64,000 nucleotides of DNA, taken from the NCBI GenBank assembly GCA_031409655.1, contig JANNXQ010000107.1, positions 75,566-139,565 on the forward strand. The letters are read 5' to 3'. The notes below the pieces were generated by a model that worked only from the letters and a program-made list of their open reading frames with translations, was not told where the DNA came from and did no database searches. Within the stretch, counting starts at the first letter, position 1. Every line of letters starts with the position of its first letter. Origin of the DNA: Chthoniobacteraceae bacterium. GTDB lineage: Bacteria > Verrucomicrobiota > Verrucomicrobiia > Chthoniobacterales > Chthoniobacteraceae. A program made the position numbers and the translations under genes. Below, piece by piece: positions 54,801-62,285 of this stretch.

Positions 54801-56407
54801 TCGAGGATGCAGAAAGCTTCCTGTGCCGTCGGCAGACGCCAGTCGGTGTAGCCTGCGAGATTCAGCGACGTTGCTCCGGTGCGAGCGTTATCCCAGGTCA
54901 TTTCTCCACTGTCGGTCTTCTGCCACACGAGGCCCGTGTTGTTGTCGGTGACGGTGCCATTGCCGTTGTCGGTGAAGGACGGCGCATTGCGCGTGTAGTC
55001 GCTGTCTTCGCCAAAGATGGCTGTGGCGCTCAGGGTTTGGCCGGTGTCCGGCAGCTTTGCCATGCTCCAGGGAGCCATGGGATAGTAGTTGAAGCGGGAG
55101 GCGCTGGTGTAAATGGCCGGCGCGGGATTTGGAGTGGTCGGCGTGGGGTGGGTGACCGTGACTGTGTGGGCGATCCGATTCACCGCATAAGTGACCGTGT
55201 ACGGTGTGCCGCTCACCGTGTAAGTCAGTGCATACGAATCCGGCGCCGGGCGCGCAAAGCCCGTGATCACGGCTCCCGCCAAGGGCGCGCCCGCCGGCGC
55301 GATGGAACTTGCTGTGGGCTGGGGATCGATTTGCCCGTTATAGTTCACCACCGTGCCGTGCATCGCATTCATCAAGTAGGGACTCTGTGGGCCCGCTCCG
55401 ACGCTGCCGCGGGCGTGATAGTGGTATCCCCAAGTTCCATGAATGTGCCCGCCATCCACATCGAGCGCCTGCTGCGCGCTGCCATCCGGCTCGAGATACC
55501 CGTAGATCGGGTAGCCATCGAGCGCCCAGGCACAGGGTTTGTCCGGCGTGAGCACCGCGTAGAGATGGGTCGGCGCGATGTGATAGTGGTAATCGTCCGC
55601 GCGGCCGCAGTGACCTCCGTAGGCGTCCAGCTCGCCGATAGCCTGCGAAAACTGGCCGGTGTTATTGCGTGGATTGAAGATGGGGATGCCATTCACACCG
55701 AGAGCCACCGCGCCGCGCAGAAAATTTCCCGTCAGTGAGATCGGCGCCGCGGCCGGAACCGGCACGAGAGGAATCCTCCACACGTTCGGCTGCCCATAGC
55801 CCAACGAAGCGGTATCCATCTCCGGGTTTGTGACATTGCCAAAGTAACCCACCGGAATCGGCAACTGCTGCTGCCAGGCGGTGATGCCCACCATCGGCGT
55901 CGGCATCAGCGTCGCATCCGGCATCGAGTCGCTCTCGACGTAGAAGTAGTTCGCGTCGTTATAGACCCGAACCCCTGGCCTGAACGCCCCGAAGGAGGCG
56001 GTCATCAGCAAGCCATTGCCAGCGGGTGGCGAGAAGGCATTCACACTGCCGCCGTCAAATCCGGCATTCGGCGCAAGCACCAGGCTGCCAAAAAGCATCG
56101 AGGTGAGCATCGACTCCGAACCGGCGGCGGAAGTGAACCACTTCGCAGCCGCGTCGCGCTGCCGCGGCACGACGATCGTTCCACGCTTCACCGGAGCGCT
56201 GATTGACGGCCCCGCGGTCGCTGGCTCGGGCTCGGGATTCGTCGGGCGATACTTTTCGAGAATCTGCCGGCGGAGTTCCTCGGTAAATCCAACGCGACCG
56301 TGCGAGTGCGGGGCGGAGACATCTGTCTGAGCGTCGTGCGCGAGCACGGCGAGTGGCGTGGCGAGCAGCGCGCAGCCGAGGAGGAGTCGAGGAAGTCTTG
56401 CGGTCAT
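48887..56407 (-). CDS. 2506-aa secreted YHYH + 2x DUF1566 + beta-sandwich + Ig + sulfatase protein
   Basis: YHYH twice with ALDGYPIYG; two DNxNGTxTD...WRLP...E DUF1566 units; GALPAGLNLS He_PIG-like Ig; ILTDDQ and CSITR sulfatase motifs; DGLPDSW/LLEYAF C-terminus. Confidence 0.9.
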   Translation of the reverse strand: MTARLPRLLLGCALLATPLAVLAHDAQTDVSAPHSHGRVGFTEELRRQILEKYRPTNPEPEPATAGPSISAPVKRGTIVVPRQRDAAAKWFTSAAGSESMLTSMLFGSLVLAPNAGFDGGSVNAFSPPAGNGLLMTASFGAFRPGVRVYNDANYFYVESDSMPDATLMPTPMVGITAWQQQLPIPVGYFGNVTNPEMDTASLGYGQPNVWRIPLVPVPAAAPISLTGNFLRGAVALGVNGIPIFNPRNNTGQFSQAIGELDAYGGHCGRADDYHYHIAPTHLYAVLTPDKPCAWALDGYPIYGYLEPDGSAQQALDVDGGHIHGTWGYHYHARGSVGAGPQSPYLMNAMHGTVVNYNGQIDPQPTASSIAPAGAPLAGAVITGFARPAPDSYALTYTVSGTPYTVTYAVNRIAHTVTVTHPTPTTPNPAPAIYTSASRFNYYPMAPWSMAKLPDTGQTLSATAIFGEDSDYTRNAPSFTDNGNGTVTDNNTGLVWQKTDSGEMTWDNARTGATSLNLAGYTDWRLPTAQEAFCILDHERNPSLNSTYFVNNASGTPGYFWSSDLFYGDNTKVWCANSGGGLGPHNKTATISAGGTARHHARYVRGQKPTTGHHYLNNNDGTITDLDTSLMWTQVPSSAQSWSSALSYAEGLTTAGFSDWRLPNVKELQSLQDIPRATASGATANPCINRVLFPSATPTAYWSSTSLKSGSPTQAWLVDFGVTTTSTPSRNQQGIVSYEPYASTYPVFAVRTAAVTRSITQGLATTTTGNLLPAGQRISSVGSITATDSTVWTVPSATQFTTATKAPDLYNEVNAVTPGSIAAAATAIANAPTVVVDADGEVITGYIFADNYFELYVNGVLVGVDPVPFTPFNSCFVKFRAKKPITYAVKLVDWEENLGVGSELNGADPYHPGDGGFMASFSDGTVTNSQWKAQSFYIAPLNDPALVIEQPNGTHDSSAAGLQTPTLNQNSYALHYAIPSNWASKTFNDAVWPNASTYTEATVGVNNKPAYTNFPAQFSTSGASFIWSSNLVLDNEVIVRYTGPASVQQIAVEQPSGTPLTDGSSTVAYGSVNVGSTLSKTFVIRNNSATTALNITGATIDGGNASNFTVTTSPASSIAASGNTTMVVQFAPTTAGAKAAAIHIASSDASVGAAFDINLTGTGATTPPTITNVTTNPAVPSNTDTPYVTATVTPGSGATISSVQLTYSTGAQSTGPVFREIFSNGSTASGLAGAMNAWTATAVRAPADVRQRGATGNRTVPIVLTSGATNGTTTVTCATTTGLIPGMLISGTNIPSGATISSVTNSTTFVINCAATGSGTGLSLTAAGVTLTGCTTTSASNSVTCLSTNGLVVGMGVTGATTNPPNPVVATITPPTTFTLNNNVTTGASNVTLTASGTGLEFNNGTANYTDTMATTGLISATAPTAGNVEFWVRNADLISNNGWTFQISPDGGTTWNTRMSENFAASTATNCTFNATATVLCSNTSGLTVGNSIQGIPISVASCTTNATTTVTTVNTGSLAVGMFITGPNTAGIPNNTRITAISPGVNFTISAAATLSATSTLTANYLPGNATVSAIAPNVFFTLNAAAFYNGSGITLASINHGFQLKRYDLVAADMSANMRMRFQMSGYSGAVGPARAPAVDIDDIVVTLTTGATPVSVTMFDDGLHGDGAAGDGVYGVQLPAQIAGTTVSYSISATDSTTSTTTLTSAGSYTTAPAPMITTNATLPNATPNVAYSTTLAATGGSGGNVWSLVSGALPAGLNLSGAGVINGTTAAQGAFNVTIKVTDSAGRIATKAFTLNVTTATAPNIVIILTDDQGWGDIGYHTPPGEVPIQTPHMDSFLTKGIRLEKFYATPVCSITRACLLTGRNTIRTATGNNRGLDLSEHIMPQTFKAAGYQTYMCGKWHIGGWANNVNTATLNGSTFTVIQESDAYLPHNRGWDVHYGQYGGAINYFTHRTNDPGLNNRVDWWLNGITQDETTDLQGNGGQSTDLLADKAVSLIQNRDPSKPLLLYLAFNAVHAGVAASQSYITKYQNLGITNAARRTLAAAVDCMDVAMGRVLGALDTAGIANNTIVVFMSDNGGNEPTGSINDPLRGTKNQDSYDGGNIHTPAAIRWPGVLATGVVSNQYVWIGDIFPTLCAATGVTPQNTKPLDGLNLWPALQSIDSGNPDGPQRPSTLVTSVAKPAAFNIFTDPVVGGSKMYKLIRTRGTPVINELFNMTDDAYETTDLMLGANAASYSAIVTALTTSITNITPENYPPHIGEAPKTQSLPQGSSITLYAPFTSYGKVPSVQWRKNNTPISGANSYYQITDAGTPVNGVFMATLTLTNLNSTNTANYSVTVSSTNGSVTSGAGALTVIKPVSTQNDGLPDSWKTANGIDPNSSAPIDGPLGDIEKDGRSNLLEYAFNTNPNAFETNPIFAGIVTKAADGLNYLEVTYPRRIGALDLLYTVEISNDLQTWPSPGAAYEVVSIVPIGDGITEDVTVRILPAAGTAGQKFARVKVTTQ

Positions 56408-56507
56408 GGGCGAGGGAGTCAGGGCTGGGGAAGTGCCACGAAGTCGGCGAGGGGGCGTGTGTCAGACACGGAGTGGAAATTCATGAAACCAAGCTATGCG
56501 GACGCAG

Positions 56508-56524
56508 ATTAACAGGGGATGAAC
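56508..56524 (-). promoter_or_regulatory. Direct-repeat response-regulator box (GTTCAT-N5-GTTAAT)
   Basis: 11 nt upstream of a TAGCTT -10-like hexamer, in front of the 2506-aa gene. Confidence 0.5.
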
Positions 56525-56700
56525 GGCGAGAGAGTTTTTCAGAAAGTTCCCCCGACCCGCCGGCCGAAGCGCGGACTGGCGTGGAGACATTGGAAGATAC
56601 CCTTCCGATCCTCCTACGACCCCGCCTGAAACTAAAAGGCCGACTTTGGTGGGCGACAGGCTCCCGAATGCTATTGCCCCGCAAATTCCAACGGACGGCT

Positions 56701-58195
56701 TCAGCGCGGTCGAACTTCGTAGCTGTGCGTCGCCGCGCCGGTCTTGCGTTCGTCGTTTTCCGCGACGGCGGGATACGCGCGGACGTAATCCACCACGGCT
56801 TTCACCGGGGAGACGCTCACCCGGAGGACCCCGGAGGCTCCTGCGATCGCGCCGTCCTGGTAGCCGTATTCTGCGGCGGTGCGCGTGTTGTCCACGCGTT
56901 CGTGGCCGGGCTGCGGGACGAGTTGGTAAGTGACGCCTTCGCGTTCACCGTGGACGTAAAAGTGATCGTGTCCGTGGAAGACGACGCAGCCGTCGCGCTT
57001 TGCAAGCAGGTCGTGGATCGGCGCGGCCCAGCCGGGGCGCTTTTCGGCGAAGGTGTTGCGGCCATCGAGTTCCTTTCCGCCCCATTCAAAGAAGTGCGAC
57101 GCCTCCACGCCGCCGCGGCCCTCGGGAGTGGTGCCGCCGACGAGGTGATGGGTGAAGACGAGGGTGAGCTTTGCCTTACTTGTCTCGAGCGTGCGGCGGA
57201 GCCATTCGTATTGCTCCTGGCCGAGCGTGCGGCCCCCGTTTGCTGCCCGCGTTTCGATCCCCACGCTGGCTGAACCAATACTGATCGAGCGCGATGAAAA
57301 GCGCGTCGCCCCACTCCCATGCTTAGTAATCCTCGAGCAAGCCCGCCTGCGGATGCGGCGTCGCATTGCCCGTGTAGAAACCGTCGGGCGACGGGTTGGG
57401 GAAGTATTTCTTCCGCATGGCATTCGACCACAGCGGCATCTATTCGCCGCTCTCGCCGCGCCGGCCTCTGCCGAGGCTCTCGCCATCGTGATTTCCCAGC
57501 ACGAGGAAGACGGGCGCGCTGTGCCCGACGAGGCCGAAGTAGTAGCGCTGCGCGAGATACTGCGGCGCGGCGAGTTTGCAGCTCGGATACTTGTCCACCA
57601 TGAAGGTGTCGCCGAGATCGATGTGGAAATCCGTCTTCGCCGCGAGCGCGTTGGCGAGCGACTTCTCATAGGTCGGCAGGTCGATGCCGGAATCGAGATG
57701 CGGGTCCGACTGGACGGTGAAGGTGAAGGCGCTGCCCGGTGGGCGTTGCGTGTGGAAGGTGCGCTCAGGTTCGCTCTTCCATGCACCATCGCCTTCCCGT
57801 GTGCTGAGGGTGTAAAAGTAGTGCGTATTGGCGGAAAGCCCGGTGATGGCGACCTCCGCGGGTTCACTCGCAGGCAGTGGGAACGCGCTCGTCTTTGCCG
57901 CCGGGGCGCCGGCCAGCGGACCGTAGGCGATGACGCCTTCGCGCTCAGCGTAAGCGAGCACGCTTGCCGTAGTGGACTGGTCGGTCGGTCGCCCGAGCAC
58001 CACGTCGAGCGGATGCACGGGCACGTTGGTTTGGAAAAGGAAGTTTGGATCGTCAGTCGCGCCGTCCTGCGGCCGTCTGCCGCCGCCCTGGCCTCCGCCG
58101 GGGCCGCGCGGTTTTGCATCCTGAGCGAAGGCCACGACAACCGCACTTGCGAGCAGGAAACCGAGCGCGCGCAGGGGAAATGCAGTGGAGTTCAT
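56701..58195 (-). pseudogene. Metallophosphoesterase (purple acid phosphatase-like), disrupted
   Basis: QSDPH, DLGD, GNHDGE, THH and HGHDH motifs; in-frame TAG (57440-57442) and TAA (57323-57325) plus a frameshift near 57235. Confidence 0.85.
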
Positions 58196-58953
58196 TTGAG
58201 CGGTGCTCCGGTGACGTCCAGATCGGGCTTCGTATTCCACCGTTGCTTCCAGTCGGGCTTCTCGATTTTCGTGCGGAAAATCACGGTGTTGTCGAGGTCG
58301 AGGTCCTCGGTCCAGATGAACTTCGCACCTTTGAAATCCGCCTCGAAGTAAGGCTGCTTCGGATTGATGCGCTCCTCCGTGTATTCGGTGGCGTTGGCCC
58401 ACTTACGGTCGTCGAAGTCCACGGCCCACCAGCTTTCCGGAATGGGTGTGTGCTCGACCTTCGGGCTCGCCGTGTCGCCGCCGAGCGGGCCGCGGAAGAA
58501 GCTCTTCGCCTTCCAAGTCGCATCGGTCGTCGTGCCGTCGCCAAATTTCAGGATGAATCCGCCGTCGCCGATGCTGGTGCCGTATTCCATGCCGGTCTTC
58601 GGATCGGCGTTGTCCTTCGCCATGACGGCGATGGTCATCGGATACTCGGGGAGAAAGTCCACGCTCACGACGTTGTGCGGCGTGAACTGGATCGGGTCCA
58701 CCGCGACGAGGCGGCCATTCACGTAGAGGATGAACCAGTTATCCGCATACACGTTGAGCTTCATCGTGTCGGCGATGCTCGGCTTGATGAGCCCAGGCGG
58801 GCCTCCTTTGCCCTTGCCCCCACCAGGGCCGCCTTTGCCACCCGGCCCCGGACGCGGCCCGCCACCTCCGGGCGGCGGATTTGCCGGGGCGGGATCGGCG
58901 GCGTGAACAGCGAGAGTGAAGGCGAGCAGGCAGAGGGTGGTGGCGGTTTTCAT
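58192..58953 (-). CDS. Secreted beta-sandwich protein (YADN...YVNG...GDGGF...W family)
   Basis: Signal peptide and Gly/Pro/Lys linker; homologous to the internal domain 53283-53890 of the 2506-aa protein. Confidence 0.8.
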   Translation of the reverse strand: MKTATTLCLLAFTLAVHAADPAPANPPPGGGGPRPGPGGKGGPGGGKGKGGPPGLIKPSIADTMKLNVYADNWFILYVNGRLVAVDPIQFTPHNVVSVDFLPEYPMTIAVMAKDNADPKTGMEYGTSIGDGGFILKFGDGTTTDATWKAKSFFRGPLGGDTASPKVEHTPIPESWWAVDFDDRKWANATEYTEERINPKQPYFEADFKGAKFIWTEDLDLDNTVIFRTKIEKPDWKQRWNTKPDLDVTGAPLK

Positions 58954-59090
58954 GCGAGTGGGTGGGATGGGAGTTTAGCGTGAAATGCAGACGCACTCCT
59001 GCCGGGGCTGACGGCAACGAAGGCCGCGGCATCCGCTTGGCGCGAAGGAATGGAAGTCCGCTTTCACCCATCCAATGTAGATGGGCGAAG

Positions 59091-59107
59091 ATGAATGGAA
59101 CATGAAC
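59091..59107 (-). promoter_or_regulatory. Direct-repeat response-regulator box (GTTCAT-N5-ATTCAT)
   Basis: 11 nt upstream of a TACATT -10 hexamer (59074-59079), in front of the gene starting at 58953. Confidence 0.5.
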
Positions 59108-59269
59108 CGCCGAAAGGATTCCGCGGTCCGGCAGTCGCTCAGAGGCGCTTTGCTCTAACTCACCATCAGCACCAGTGAGGGTTGCGGTGTTTCCCTGCCG
59201 CGCGGCGCTGGATGGGAGACGAAATTGCAAGGTAGCGCCCGACCCGCAAACTGCGGGAGGTGGAAATCG

Positions 59270-60688
59270 TCAGCGCGCTGGATCGTCTCCATCGCCCAAC
59301 GCGATGCCGCTCAAGCGCAGCGTGAGACGCGCGGAGGAGTCGAGCGTGGCGTGCAGTTCGCAGCCGAGTGCGTGGGCGTAACTGCGCGCGAGGGCGAGGC
59401 CGAGGCCCGCGTGTTCGTCGTCGCTGCGAGCGGCTTCCTTGCGCCAGAAGCGGGCGAACATTTTCTCCACGTCGGCGGCGTCGAGGTCGGGCGCGGCGTT
59501 CGTCACGGCGAGAGCGAAGGGGCCGTCGGCGCGCGTGGCACGGACCTCGATTGCACCGCCAGCGGGAGCGTAATCGACGGCATTGGCAACGAGGTTGGCA
59601 AGGATTTCGCGCAGGAGCGCTGGGTCGCTCTCGATCGTAATTTTTCCCTCAAGGTGAAAGCTCACACGGAGTTGTCTGGCGGCGGCGCGGGCGGCCAGCG
59701 GACGCCACGCCGCTTGCACCGCTGGCTCGAGAGCTATGCGCTCGCGGACCGCACCGGCGTGGCCACCTTCCGCGCGGGCCAGCGCGAGCAGTCGGGTGAC
59801 GAGATGCTCCATGCGTTGCGCGATGGCGAGGGTTTCGGCGTCGGCGCTGGCAGCGCGCGCGTCGGGCCATTTGAGCGCCAGTTCGGCCTGGCTGCGCAGC
59901 TCGGCGAGCGGCGTGCGCAATTCGTGCGCGAGGTCGGCGCTGAAGCGGCGCTCGCGCTCGAAGGACGCTCCGATGCGCGCCAGCAGCTCGTTCAAACGGT
60001 GGGCGATGGGTGTGAGTTCCGCAGGCATGCCCTCGGCGGGAAAGCGCGTGGCCAGCGAGTCCGCGGTGATGTGAGCGACGCGCTCGCCCAGTTCGTCGAG
60101 CGGTCGCAGCCCGCGGCGCAATTCGCGCGGCACCAGGAGCCACGCGCTCAGCAGCAGCACGCCCGTGCTCAGCGCGAGCGCGGCGAGCGTGGTGCGCAGG
60201 CTCGCATCCAGCGAGCGCCGCGACGCGGCCACGATCAATGTGGCGCGCGCCGCGTGGGTGGGCAGCGAGCGATCGTCCGCATCGCGTGGCGTGAAGGTGA
60301 AGGCCACCGCGCGTCCCGCGACGCCGTGCGGCAGCGCGATGTCTGCGAAGGTCGGCGCGTCGGCGGTGAGCAGCGGAAGTTCGTCCGCATGGAGCGAGGG
60401 CGAACGCATCACCGTCGTTCCATCGACGAGCCGGACTTGGAAGAAATGCTCCGCGTCGTCTTCTCCAAAGCCGAGTGGGCGCACGTCGGCGAGATCGACA
60501 TTCACCCGCCCGTCGCTCTCCTGCTCGGTGAGCCCGCACACACTCTGCGCCTTGCCGAGCAGCGCTTCGTCGAACTGCCGAATCGAGGCCGCGCGCATCG
60601 TGAGATAAGCCGTCGCGCCGCCGCCGCCGGCGATGAGCAGCGCGCCGAGCACGAGCCGCCGCGTGAGCTGGCTGCGGATGGATTTCAT
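59270..60688 (-). CDS. Two-TM sensor histidine kinase (QseC/CzcS-like)
   Basis: HAMP (PAELTPI); H-box ADLAHELRTP; NLVANAVDY; GLGLA. Confidence 0.93.
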   Translation of the reverse strand: MKSIRSQLTRRLVLGALLIAGGGGATAYLTMRAASIRQFDEALLGKAQSVCGLTEQESDGRVNVDLADVRPLGFGEDDAEHFFQVRLVDGTTVMRSPSLHADELPLLTADAPTFADIALPHGVAGRAVAFTFTPRDADDRSLPTHAARATLIVAASRRSLDASLRTTLAALALSTGVLLLSAWLLVPRELRRGLRPLDELGERVAHITADSLATRFPAEGMPAELTPIAHRLNELLARIGASFERERRFSADLAHELRTPLAELRSQAELALKWPDARAASADAETLAIAQRMEHLVTRLLALARAEGGHAGAVRERIALEPAVQAAWRPLAARAAARQLRVSFHLEGKITIESDPALLREILANLVANAVDYAPAGGAIEVRATRADGPFALAVTNAAPDLDAADVEKMFARFWRKEAARSDDEHAGLGLALARSYAHALGCELHATLDSSARLTLRLSGIALGDGDDPAR

Positions 60689-61362
60689 GGTGCGGAAGCC
60701 TGCAACACGTAACCCAGCCCGCGCCGCGTGTGGATGAGCGGCGCGAGCGCGATGGCATCGAGTTTCCGACGCAGTGCGCAGATCGTGGAATCGACCACGT
60801 TGCTCATCGGCCCGGCGTCGCCATCGTAGATGTGCGCCTCGATTTCCGTGCGCGACACCACGTGACCCGCGCGCCGCGCGAGATATTCGAGCAGCCCATA
60901 CTCACGCGCCTGGAGCGTGAGCGCGCAACCCGCGCGTGTGACACTGCGCGCCACGGTATCCACTTCCAAATCCCCGACGACGATGCGACTCTGCTTGCTG
61001 TCGTAAGCGCGCCGACACAAGGCGTGGACCCGCGCAAGCAGCTCCTCAAGGGCAAAGGGCTTGACCAGATAATCGTCCGCACCCGCGTGCAGCCCCGCCA
61101 CCCGATCCGGCACGGTATCGCGCGCGGTGAGCAGGAGGACGTGCGTGTTGCGCCCCTGCGCACGCAGCCGCCGGAGCAGCGCGAGGCCGTCGAGTCCCGG
61201 CAGCATGATGTCGAGCACGAGGGCGTCGTAGTCATTCGTCTCCGCGAGCCACAAGCCCTCCGTGCCATCGCCGCTCACATCCACGGCAAAACCCGCGCGG
61301 CGCAGCGCCGTGCCGACGGTTTGTTGCAACCGCTTCGAGTCTTCGACGAAGAGCACACGCAT
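60685..61362 (-). CDS. OmpR-family response regulator
   Basis: VEDS, LDIMLP, LTARD, DDYLVKPF, HTRRGLGY. Confidence 0.95.
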   Translation of the reverse strand: MRVLFVEDSKRLQQTVGTALRRAGFAVDVSGDGTEGLWLAETNDYDALVLDIMLPGLDGLALLRRLRAQGRNTHVLLLTARDTVPDRVAGLHAGADDYLVKPFALEELLARVHALCRRAYDSKQSRIVVGDLEVDTVARSVTRAGCALTLQAREYGLLEYLARRAGHVVSRTEIEAHIYDGDAGPMSNVVDSTICALRRKLDAIALAPLIHTRRGLGYVLQASAP

Positions 61363-61463
61363 GGAAAATGGGGAGCGCGCAGCCGCACGGAAATCCCACG
61401 ACCAGGGCGGCTCGGGCCGCGCTCCGGCCGTGGGCTTGATCGCGCACGCCGCGCCGTCGGGAC

Positions 61464-61835
61464 TTACTTCTTCTTGTCGTCGTCGTCGTCCTTATCTTTG
61501 TCTTTGCCTTTGCCGCCGCCCTTTTCACCTTCGTCGCCACCGTCGATCTTGGTGAGCGTGCCGTCTTCAGCGACTTGGACTTCGAGTTTCATGCCGCTGG
61601 GCAGGGTGAGCATGGCTTCGTAGAAGGTCTTGCCGTCTTCCGCGTCTTTTTCGATCTCGCCGAGCGTCGCACTATTCGCGCCGACCTGCGCGAGGATGGT
61701 CTTCTGCACCGCGACCGGCAGGCTGGCGAACGGGACTTTTTCTTCCTTCTCGTCCTCCGCTGAGCGGGCGGTCACGGTGAAGGCCCCGAGCGCGAGCGCG
61801 ACGAGGAGAGTGTGGATGGAGCGTTGGATTTTCAT
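61464..61835 (-). CDS. PepSY-like secreted protein
   Basis: Signal peptide; LPVAVQKTI, EIEK.....YEA, EVQVAEDG; acidic/basic tail. Confidence 0.8.
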   Translation of the reverse strand: MKIQRSIHTLLVALALGAFTVTARSAEDEKEEKVPFASLPVAVQKTILAQVGANSATLGEIEKDAEDGKTFYEAMLTLPSGMKLEVQVAEDGTLTKIDGGDEGEKGGGKGKDKDKDDDDDKKK

Positions 61836-61926
61836 GGGCTTGCGTTTTGTATTTTGGGTTTGGTTTTAGCTTTGTCGCAGCCGGGTCAGACCCAGCCTTT
61901 GACGGGGGGAAGTATGCCTGGCGAAG

Positions 61927-61943
61927 ATGAGGCCAGGATTACG
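61927..61943 (-). promoter_or_regulatory. Degenerate direct-repeat box (CGTAAT-N5-CCTCAT)
   Basis: 10 nt upstream of CATACT, in front of the PepSY-RR-HK operon. Confidence 0.35.
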
Positions 61944-62172
61944 GATGGAAAAAAAGTGCGGGACGGCTTCTTCGTGCCGGGGCCGGATTTGTAGTGAGGC
62001 AATTCCGCCTCGCTGTCTGTCAAAACTTTGCCTCTGCGCCCGCCGCCCGGTGATTGACCCGACCGGATATCGGAGTCGGGAAACCACGGGGAGTGCGTCG
62101 TAATCCAGACCCGCACCCTCGCCGCGAACAGCCCAGAACCTTGCCTCACGCCCGGCAAAATATTTGTCGTCA

Positions 62173-62189
62173 GTTAAGTGACCATTAAG
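62173..62189 (+). promoter_or_regulatory. Direct-repeat box GTTAAG-N5-ATTAAG (TTAAG-N6-TTAAG)
   Basis: Exact TTAAG repeat with 11-bp period upstream of the gene at 62286. Confidence 0.55.
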
Positions 62190-62285
62190 GACGGGAGGCA
62201 AAGTTAGCGCGTGTCGCACGGCCCTCCGGCTGATCGCGCACCTTAACTAACTAACGAACAAACCACATAACCAAGTGACATAAAT

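Noticed and set aside
57323..57442. Stop-codon readthrough (Pyl or recoding) in the phosphoesterase
   Set aside because: Two different stops (TAG, TAA) plus a frameshift fit decay or sequence error; other genes end normally at TAG/TAA.
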